A DNA stretch of 64,000 nt from Raillietiella orientalis (Eukaryota): NCBI GenBank assembly GCA_036172245.1, contig JAYWIR010000020.1:1736001-1800000 (forward strand). The letters run 5' to 3'. Of this stretch, positions 25,801-36,429 are shown one piece after another (position 1 is the stretch's first letter; the number at the start of each line of letters is the position of its first letter). Below the pieces are notes generated by a model. The model did no database searches and had not been told where the DNA came from. It saw nothing but the letters and a program-made list of their open reading frames with translations. Made by a program: the position numbers and the translations under genes.

Positions 25801-27770
25801 TTGATTGCGAGAACGAAGACCACCAGATGAAGGAGCTGCAAAAAAGGAAGCGCGCCATTTCAGAATCGGATACAGGGAAGAGGAAGATGGAAATTGCTGC
25901 TCTAAGAATCAAGAAGAGCAGAAAACTCAAGCCTTTCCTCTGCTCATCTCAATTCTCACCATGATAACCGTATAGTCCCATGAATGGCCATCGGCGATGA
26001 TTAGGATGGCAACACTTCGCGCAGAACGTAAACAAGTGAGACATTGAAGAGAAGCAGTGGAAATCAAAGCAAAATATTCCTGCCGGCGCTTGCATGAACT
26101 TACCGATGATGGTCCTCTAAAATTGATTTTCGCCCTAACATTTCTCCTCAACTACGTACGAGTCGAGTTGGATTTCTGAACATCCATTTCCCCTTACGGT
26201 CGAAGAGTAGTAGGAGATGCATTGGAAATGACGGATGGCGATATTGCATCCGTTTTCAGCGGATGTGTGGGGCAGGTGCGAATAGCAAGCGCAAAGTTCA
26301 GACACCGAAGAGATGAGCGCGGCCCTGGCAGCACGAGAACTGGCGTCATGGTGGGAGGCTTCCCATGGGAATCGGTCTGGATGCCCAGGGCAACTGACCA
26401 TGTTCCTGAGGCAACTTGAAGAAGCTCCGTCCTCATCCCCAATGTAGTACCAAGGTGGACAAAGCAGGTTTTCGGATAGACGCCAACGGAGACGCGTCCA
26501 GCTTTGCTCCTTCGTACAGGTTCAAATGCTTAAAACTTTCACACAGAAAAAGAAACGAAAAGAAAGGCAGTTATCGGAATTAACTCGGCCATCTTTCTAT
26601 CGACGCCGGGTAAGATAAAAGCGCTTTATTAGCTGTCAACTCTGCATGGAGTCTCAGCATTCGAAAAAAGGCTGCACGCGTGCACCGACCTTCGACTGCC
26701 GTTGCAACTCCCAGGTTTGCTTCAGCTTGCCCGACTGACCGAGTGCCTTCTTCCGAAAAGCAGCTTGTCATCTCTCGCGGCATCTGTCAGAGAGGACAAC
26801 TTCCTGCGAAACCCCGTTCACTGAAAATTTTGAACAGCAAGCTAACCACGTCGAAGTCAGGCGCTAGGTGGCAATTTCGATGTGGTTCCTCGCATGCAGA
26901 ATTAAGAAAACACACACAAATAACGCACAGACACCTATGCGGTCAGTTTGAGAAGGAAAGTGCAAGCATCCCGTTTCACTCTGTAGCACACGATTCTGCA
27001 CGAGACGCCGTATCGCAGACTATCAACTCCGACAAATGGAACTCAAACAACATTTCCGATCCATCCTGAACAAAGACTTTTTACCATGTTTGGTAACAGC
27101 ATCCCGCTCCACTTCCTGGAGACTGAATCTCTGTGGAGAAAAGCCAACACGGTTCCTTGAGAGCAACTGCTCGGAGACTTCATGAAGATCTTATTGACGC
27201 TCGCAAGTGTTGCAGTGTTGAAGGCTTTGCCAAAGAGTGCGTGCTTATTAGAAGTCGAAAACATGTTCATGTTTCACACAAGGTCAGAGCCAAGGATATT
27301 TCAGATCTTCGCACTCCCATACTACGCAGGCATGATTATTCTGCTAAATTTGTTCAGTGCCGTCCTAATTGCATCTTCCTTAGCTCTCATACCCTAATTG
27401 CCTCGTCTGCAAGAAAAGAAGAGAAGCGGCGATGACCATATAGGCATGGACGCACGCAGCATCGATGCCGGACGGCATTTCGGGCATCTAAGAATTCCGG
27501 GATTACCGACACGAGCATTGCAAATGCAATCGGCTGCATCGCTTGGAAACCACCAAACCCCCAACTTCAAAAATCCTTATGAACCTTAAAACTGAAGACA
27601 TCTCGTCAAATTCCTGTCCATCCCCAGCTTCCATCTTCCAAGAATTCAACGCAGGCGGAGCAAAAATCGCTCTCCTAACACAGGTAAGGGTTCTTTTCGA
27701 GACATCGTGTAAACGATTCCCTTGCAATCCTCTCTGAGCAAACAACGGATCCAGCATCATGAAAACAAAA

Positions 27771-27792
27771 CACACACACACACACACACACA
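27771..27792. repeat. (CA)n microsatellite
   Basis: cacacacacacacacacacaca. Confidence 0.9.
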
Positions 27793-28439
27793 TCTGTAAC
27801 CCCGCACAGTTTTATTTTCAGAACGTTTGCGGTTTTCACTATTCAAGAAAGAGATTATGATCATCACCATAATCACTCAATTATATCATTACAGCAATTA
27901 ATTTTGGTTTTCCCAGTCTCGCTGCCTTTCAGTGGTGCACCGTACGAAACCCAAATTTCTGCGCATTTTTCTTTCTAACCACGGAGTGTGCGCCAAGTTC
28001 AGTTCTCTCGTGGACTCCACTCGGGTACAGATCGCCTGCATGCGGTCCCTCGCACGCTCTCTGAGACAGTCGCTCGGTTGAGAAAAGGTACGACGGCTGT
28101 TCGAGGTTCTGTGAGAGGGCTTAGCAGAAGAGGCAACGTTTGGATTGAAGTTGCCTGTCGGAAACACCTGGAGATCTCTTTCACGCGTGGTCCACATTTT
28201 CGACGCTCTTGCACCATATCTTTCTTCCTTCCAAAAGGTGATTGATTCACTCTTGTCACAGTTTCCCAGTGTGCCTCGCAACATCGCAGCGCGGTTGTGG
28301 TGATGGTTCTCAACTCAAAGCCTAATTCTACAGAGCCGATTCTCATAAACAAATCTCCTTCGAATGGAATATCAGGAGGAAAAAAAAAAAGAAAAGAATT
28401 GTTTGTTTTTCATGCTGAAATACCAAAAAATATATATGC

Positions 28440-30750
28440 CACCCGTCTCCAGAGATACTGCTTCCAAAGAGCATGACATTTCTTCCAAACAGGTCCACAA
28501 CAGAGGTGAATACGAAAAAGGTACAGCATCGGGGTGAGATTCCTATACAGCATTATCTACGTATCCGTTTAGCAAAGAGTACAGCAATGCAAAATAGGAA
28601 CATGCAAAGCATTCTGATCACCTCTTGAAGCAGAGCATTTGCTGGACCATGATCAAGGAATTACCTTCCTCTGCCAATGGTGAAATTTCTGAGGTATTAT
28701 TGGAATCCACTAAAGTTTTGTTGTTGTCCTGGGCGATGATGGAGTCCATGAATCATGCCTCGTCCCTTTACAAACGTAGATTTATTGTACATCTCATTGG
28801 GTTTGAAGAAACCAGACCTTTTTCAGAGATAACGGAATCGGATACTAAATTGCATTCCATCAAGAAGTGCGCCAACGTCGCAAGTTGAAGCTAACCATTT
28901 ATTGGCACAGCTGTGCAGGCACCGTACCTAAGTTCAGCAACAGAAAAAATAGTTGACCAGTGCATGTGACAGCTTGGTCTGAGAAAACATTTGGAAGACA
29001 AGCTCCATACAATATCTGTGTCACAGATGGGATGAAAACTGATCTCGATACGAGATGGAATATCAATTTGTTTAAGAGCTATCACTCGTTTCGATCGATC
29101 TCCTAAGGTTTCACAGAATTTATCTTCAGAAGAGATTCAGAATGTCTTTTAGAAACTTCCTTTATTGTATCCTAGTGCTTTTGGTTCAGCAAACAGGTTC
29201 ACTGAAATTTTTAAAGCATTCTGATTGAAGATGCGAAGCTGGGGAAATGCGAATTGCTGTGCTCTTGCATGATGAAGTTCATTTGATGTGTGAAACCTCT
29301 TTGTGAAGATCTCTCTTCGTTAAGGTCTGTCTCTTCCCTGGAATGCAGCCTACAACAAAGGGAGGTTCATGTGACGCCTGTCGAACACACTTCTTGATGG
29401 AATGCAAAGGGATTCCGGAAATTGGGGACCAGGAAGTCAGGTATAATCCTTGCGCCAGTTACAAAGAAACCCGATAAAGTTTTTTGTTCCTTTCTTCTTC
29501 CTCTCTGCACCTCCTCTAGTACACCATGGAATCGTCAGCAGGCTTTGACGACATCAAGTGAGATGCCTAGTTCCCTGTTCCGTAAAGATGCAAAGTATCT
29601 CTTCGGAAAAGCATGGAGACACAGAACTCACTCGAGCACCACATGCCTTCATTCTACCGGCAGAAAGATGCTCTATGAAAGTACCAGGTTTCTTTTTTCA
29701 CGAAAAGGCGTCCGTTACGGAAGGACGCCAACGTCGGGATGTCTTTAAGTGCTGCATGATAAGTGGAAAAGATTCCTTCACTGAGCTTCAGACGATAAGA
29801 GGTGCGATGCTATTATGTCTACGAGTTCCTTTGAAGTCAGAAAAGTGTCTTTAGAATGAGGTGATACTTTTATAAGTTTCTGTCTTCATGTTACTTTGTG
29901 ATCGATGCATCTTCTCGGAATAGTTGCAGCAGTTGACGAACTGTCACTGTTTCCATCCCTAAGAGGCTTCAACAACCACTTGCTTGCAAAGATCAGCGTT
30001 CCATCAAGGAACGTGGAACCCCTGCAGAAGTGGCAGCTGAAATTTCGAATGCAAAACTTCCAACTACCTACACCATCGAGCGAGAGAACGAAGTTGTTCC
30101 TGCCCTTGATGATTGTTCATTGTTCACTGATGATTGTTCGTTGAGCTGGCAAGTTGCAGCACTCAAGCAACGATTCCTTCACCATTGTCAGGAGTGCAGG
30201 AACACCTAGGGCACAGTCGATCAGTGTTTGTGGCCAATCAAGAGCAATCGTGTAATTCTTGCACCACGTTTTCACACCGAATGGTGCAGCTCTGGGAAGA
30301 ACCCTTTCTTGGTATACGATTACAAACCAGACAGTGCATCCTATTGTCACCTTCTCACCGTCATTAGCACGCCAAAGAGTCTCCATTTTCAGCATTCTCG
30401 TCTTCTGGAGCTCAATACTGCTATCTGGAAGAACGTTCTTCCTGCAACAAACAAGTGGCTTTCCTGCATGCAAGTGTAAACAGTTTGCCAACAGATTTCC
30501 GTCTGCTCTGGATAACTTCCCACAGACGTCTATGGCCCTGAAATTGAGGCAAAAAATATCACGGTGAGGGAGTGCATCAAGTGTTTTCCTGCTGAGAAGA
30601 TGGATCGAAGTCAAGATAGCAGATCTTTCGTGATACGTGCGGACCGATGGGCAAGTCGTCAGATGGATATACATAGTGGAAGAGTGGAAAAGCAGTGACA
30701 GCCACAGTAGGAGAACAGATTCACTAGCATGGTGAGAACCACTTGCCACT
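28440..30750 (-). pseudogene. Long, apparently intronless decayed ORF of unknown family
   Basis: 210-aa ORF at 30117-30749. The frame of the 28891-29085 ORF continues past single stops (LQLATLAHFLMECN...MDSIIAQDNNK...YFALLYSLLNGY...PLLWTCLEE). No motif recognised. Confidence 0.35.
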
Positions 30751-32094
30751 TACAACAGACGAAAGCAATACAAAAAAAGAAAAAATGTGCACAGCTCATT
30801 CACAAGGATTCTCCAGCAGCTGGTGCAATTTGCAATTTTCAGAAACTTGAATGCGCTATTAACGAAGTCCAAAATTAAAGCGACAAATCTTGGAAACTAA
30901 GGTAATAGTGGACTTTTGTTCTCATACTGGAATCGCAGAGTACCTTTTCAGATAGGAGGAGTGGAGGGGGGGGAAGAACAAACATCTCCCTACTGGGAGC
31001 ACACTTTCGGAACTCGGTCACTTTCCGAAACGCTTCATCGGGGAGTGCAGCAGCAGCCGCACGATCCATCTGTCTGGCGAGCTGTGTGTGCACAGTTGAT
31101 CACCATGCAAGCCTCCGCGGTGATTATGGAGTTCATTTACATGCAAAAAGTCTGGAAAAAAAAAAAAAAGAGGGGTAAAAGAAGGAATCGGAGTAGGTTT
31201 TTTAATGTCTTCTGCGTTTTTCTGAATTTCTCGTTCCTTTTCGCCTCTGCATAGCAGACGCAGCCATCTTGTGGGCATTCTGAGTAAAGACACGCTATCC
31301 CTGTTTGTTGATATCTATAAAAAAAAATGCATGCAACTCTCAACTATCTGCTAGGAATCGCTGAAAACCTCAAGAAGGAGAAACTTCCTCTAGGATCCGA
31401 AAAACAGCATCTTCCGCTCCCCAATGAACAGATGGTTCAGTTCAGAATAGAGGACGTATCGTAACCGAAACGTGCAGCTCACCTCCAGCGAAAGCGGAGG
31501 GTCTCATCATGGGTGATCGCTCTTTACTATGCCTGGCCATGAATCAAACGTTTCGGAAAACAAGCAGAAACAGACAACCCGTTGACGCTTCTAAACAGCA
31601 AGATCACCATGTATCACTGTATTCTGATTTGATTCGAAACATCCGAAAGAACCCAGAACATCGTCTCCTGAATGCCAATCGGCACTCGACAAAGTATGCT
31701 CATCCCATATACCATCCGTGGTGGTGATAACTGCCTCCTGCCATTGCCTGCGTCGACAAGATGAAAACTATGCTGTGCAATGATTGAAAATATTTGATGG
31801 AAATGCAATTGGTAATTCTGACTACCCTCTAAGACATGCGAGCCAACCCCGCATCTGCTGATGGAAGAATGAAGACGTGGTGGGGACGTCATGACTGTTG
31901 GTCCGACTTCTTTCGACGTGGCTCCTTCCCACACGAGTCCGGGAATTGATTGCGAATGGCACACCTTCGCCTGCCAAAAATCCGGCGAGCCGGAGGGCTG
32001 CGGTCAGACGTTTGCACGCACGAGGAAGGGAAGGAGAGGGCTCGACGAACAGATGAGCTAGGCGCTCGAAAGTTCAGCGTACCCGCCAGCCTCT

Positions 32095-32357
32095 TCTTCC
32101 AAACAGGTCCACAACAAGGGCGAATACGAAAAAGGTACAGCATCGGGGTGAGATTCCTATACAGCATTATCTACGTATCCGTTTAGCAAAGAGTACAGCA
32201 ATGCAAAATAGGAACATGCAAAGCATTCTAATCACCTCTTGAAGCAGAGCATTTGCTGGACCATGATCAAGGAACCAATTTCCTTTGCCACTGGTGAAAT
32301 TTCTGAAGTATCATTGGAAGCCACTTAAGTTTTGTTGTTGTTCTGGGCGATGATGGA
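32095..32357 (+). repeat. Direct duplicate of 28481-28743
   Basis: tcttccaaacaggtccacaaca...gggcgatgatgga is near-identical at both sites. Confidence 0.95.
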
Positions 32358-32359
32358 AC

Positions 32360-33800
32360 GACGGTGTTGGGGCGTTCTGCAAGGCAGTGGGTCGCAACGC
32401 AGTCCTGCCAATTCAAGAAAAGCGCGCCGAAGCCGTCCGTTAGAACTGCAAGCATATTGGCACCTTTCGGAGAGCATGCCGGGAAGATCTGTCATCCTTG
32501 GAAAATTCCTGTCACGTGGGAGGCAGAGATGCCTCAGCCTGTGAACGCGCTGTTCGGCATCCCAGATGTTTCCCTGCAGATTCTTAGGTGGAGCAGCTTC
32601 CCGCTTGGTAGACCGTGGTTTCTCCCGTGAGGCTGCGGCGAGTGAGGGTGCCTTATGCCCACCTCTCCCTTCCTGGAGTTTTCCAACACCTCCTGCGACG
32701 AGGATAAAGAACGCGCTTGAAGAACCACAGGCCACTGCGATCGCTCTGGGCACTGTGTCGCGCCGTTGACTTTTGAATCCCTCTCGTCGCTTGTTTCCTG
32801 AACCGTTTGTCCTGTTCCAAAGGTAATCACCTGCGCACCGGGACGAGCTTGGGGGAGGACGAATTCTCCCCTGGCCAGCTGCTCGCTTGGCCAGGGGAAT
32901 CGCGCAGCAACGCGTCCACCAACACCAGGGTCAGTTCTTCGGAAGTGGGAACCGAAATGCTCCACCCGCTCCGGTGCCAGGAGGCCAAGACGTTCACCCC
33001 CGACGAGGAGCGCAGGAATCTTTCAGGCTAAAGCGGGGCCTCCTTGTGCCCCCTCTCCTCTCATCCCCATGGCTTTTCGTAGGAGGGCGATCTCGACCCT
33101 CTTAACCGAACTGCGAGCTGGGCAAACAAAAGCAGAGACGCCCTGGGCTGTGGATGCCCTCCCTTCCTCCCTTCTTATGTATTCATTTATTGACCCCTCT
33201 TACACCCTTCTTGCCCTTCCGTGTAGCCGTCCTGAGAGTCGGTGACACTTCTCCTCCCTGCCCTTTGAGATTTCAGAACATTTGCTGATCCTGGCCTGCT
33301 TGTTTTCCTCTTGGGGGAAATCAAGTCTCCGGCACAACCCCACCTGAGGAGAAGGAGAGAGCTGTCCGACATCACGAGGGCCAACTCCAGCCCTTAGGGA
33401 GGAACGTCGAAGAGATCAGCCCGGTGGAGGAGGCCTGTGGGAGACCGTCGCGAGTGTTGCTGAGTCGGCGGGCTGGCACGCGCGGCCCAGCCACCAAGGG
33501 GGTTTCCTGCGACCCGAGACCTTTTCGCGGAAATGATCTTTCCAGAGGGCAGGTGTCGTGTGCCTTGGCGAGGGGCAGGTCCACAACAGCAGCTCACTAC
33601 CCTCACTGAGACATCCTGACTGTTTGAGGGTGAATTGCAAGCAGTCAGTTTCTTCAGACGTGGCCTGGGTGACCCCGACCCACCCCGGCCTCACTGCCTC
33701 CTGCCGCCGAGAGTGGACCGCAGACCTGCGACCCGAGACCTCGACCTTCCTCTCCGCAGGAAGGTCGAGGTCTGGTTCGAAGCCCCGAACGACCATAAAA
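32360..33800 (-). mobile_element. 5' fragment of an R2-like element: zinc finger plus Myb DNA-binding region
   Basis: CPLERSFPRKGLGSQ (C2H2 remnant, ~33500-33555). Frameshifted Myb W.SEQLARGEFVLPQARPGAQVI...DKRFR..REGFKSQRR (~32760-32900). 16-bp hairpin at 33736-33773 near the 5' end. Confidence 0.65.
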
Positions 33801-33929
33801 CAGAAACTCATGTGCTTGTTTTGCACAGATTTATGAGCAGAGTTATTTTCACGTACGTTCTTATTAACACGCATATTTTTTTTTTATTGACAACAATATT
33901 ATTCGAAGAGATATATTCATTCAGATTCA

Positions 33930-34350
33930 GTGACATGCATTTTATTAATAAAATTAATAAGTCGTTGATTATATTATTCATATATACATCAAAGATTATG
34001 TAAAATAAATAGATTGATAGATATATTGATATAAAGATTAATATATGGATTACTATATATTACAAAGATCACAATCCATAAATACACATGCTTTTACATA
34101 TACTTTTATTCATACCTACATTTATGAAGGTATGTAGATGATATGTATATATATGAATATAAATATGTGCATATATGTATATATGTATGCATGAATATGC
34201 GCATATATATATATGTGCACACATGTATAGGTATGTATACATTTATGTTATCCAAAAACACTGATATATTAATCCATATATAAATATACATATCAATACA
34301 TTTAATAAGCATCAATATTTATTTTTTAGAGTACCTCATATATATGTCAA
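33930..34350. repeat. AT-rich low-complexity / degenerate TA microsatellite
   Basis: Runs of atatatat and tatgtatatatatg. Confidence 0.8.
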
Positions 34351-34519
34351 CAATGGTTCCATCAATTACATTAATAAAATCTATGTTAATCAATCTTAAG
34401 AACATGTTAAAATAGCATCACCAATATTAACATATACGTTAACAAATGCTAACTATATGCGTCAAACTCAATTTGTATATCCCACTGTGTAGAATAAGTA
34501 TACGCGTTTCTTCTTCACG

Positions 34520-35940
34520 ATGCTTCGTGATTTCGATCCGCACCAGGCAGAAACGGGAGATCCACATCCATGGGTGACGATTTGTGGGAGCGGGAAGTCA
34601 TTGGGAGATACATAACGGAGGCTGAGAGAAAGCAGGGTTGCCAGTTCATCGCAGTCGGAGGCTCAGTTTGGGAGCAGACGCGCCAGTGCATGGTCTAATA
34701 CTTTGTCATCCAGGCCAGTCTCTTAAACCGGAGCTGCTGCTCCATTCTCTCCAGAGTCAGGTCAAGTCCTCCATCCCGACGTGGAGGGGCTCAGGGAGAC
34801 CTCCAGGTCTTAACTGTACTGTGGGCGGCACAAACAAAAAGTTGAAGGAAATGTTCCCCAGGAATTCCCACATCGAGACTTCTTGAAACGCCCCATGGGT
34901 ATCTCCGATGCTTGGAGATGACAGTCCGCGCCCCGCCAAAGGGAACCACCCACGACTTTTTCCTGTCGACTCACCCGCTCGCTTCCCGACTCATGAACTC
35001 GAAGAATTCCTCGAATGAAACTGCTCGGCAAGGTCGAAGGCTGCCACCAATGCTCAAGAACTAAAGTTCTTCCTACTCCTTGCTGCTTTCCCCTCCCCCT
35101 AGCCTGAGCCGGGACAGGGCTTCAGTCTAGAGACTGCTGAACACGACGCAATGTTAATACGCTCGCCTACGTAATATCCCACTGCCCCGCTCACATGAGT
35201 TCAAAAATCACGCCGCGGCATAACTGAGTAGTGGATGCTCTTGAGCCAAAGATGGCTCATTGCAACGAAAGATAGAAGAGTCGATGCTGACAACTCAACC
35301 TTGCAGCCCGACATCCTGCAAAACCTCACGACTGCGATTATCCTGGACGTGGTGATCCCCTATGAAAATAGACGCTCTTCGTTCGTGCACGGGAAGAGAA
35401 AATAACTAAATACGCCGAACTCGCAACCCGACTACGTGGACAAGGTCTCACCACAATTAACGAAGCCACTGTAGTTGGAGCCCTCGGTTCATGGGATCCG
35501 GAAAACGACAAAGTGCTTGAACTTGTCGGGCTCTCTCCCCATATCATTAAATCCCTCTCGGGACATATGTGTCGGGAGATGGTGAAGTTTTACTATGACA
35601 TCTACATCTCTCACATATCTGTGCCGAACGGTGTAGATGGTCATACCCAAGAATATGATCCCTCCCCGGAGCAATTTTTCCAAAGTAGGCACACTACCGT
35701 CACTGCTCCAGAGAGCCCATGTTCAGAAGGCGAAACGAATACACCCTCAACTGCAACAGCACTCTCAAATGACCCTGTGAACACCTGTACCCTTGAATCT
35801 AGAAATCCCCCATTCATAGCAGAAGCCATCTCCATACTAACATCACTGTAACCCTACGATATGTAACCCTCCAAAAGAGTTTGATGACCCTTTCCCTTCG
35901 CATTCATGCGATACTCCGTGTGATATCAAAATAAACGACC
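34520..35940 (+). mobile_element. 3' fragment of an R2/NeSL/Utopia-type non-LTR element with CCHC knuckle and restriction-like endonuclease
   Basis: TLAYVISHC...PRHN.VV, LQPDIL...IILDVVIPYEN, FVRAREEKITKY, VVGALGSWDPEND, ending with AATAAA at ~35930. Confidence 0.85.
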
Positions 35941-36429
35941 CAGGGAGCCCCAACTAATGGACCAGAAAACTTCCTTTATCCCATTTTCCTAACTACTCAA
36001 AAGGCGGAAACAAATGTAATGGAATATATATGAATGACGTGATAAAATCCTGCAGAATAAATTAGTCTTTATGCTTTTCCCCATCCCCATCCACCGCAGT
36101 CGTGCAGTCTTCACCTCGAGAAGAAAAAATTGATGTCCGAATCCACAACCAAACTCGGATGCCAGCTGCTTAGACTGCGCAAGTCTTTCAGTTTGGGGGA
36201 GAAGGTGAACCCTTGCCGACGGAAGGAAGGCCGACAGGTCACCCTTCTTCCAGATCGTCTCTGTCAGCTGATCAACACCAAGAGACTGCGTCAGGCACGG
36301 AGCACTAATGAAGCTCCGCGGTCAGGTGAAGACGTGTAGTGTTTCCAAAAAAGCAGAGCCCGATTACAAAAAAACAGTGCCACTCCTCGTAATTGGAGAA
36401 AGAAACTCCTTAGGTGAACTGTCGAGTTT

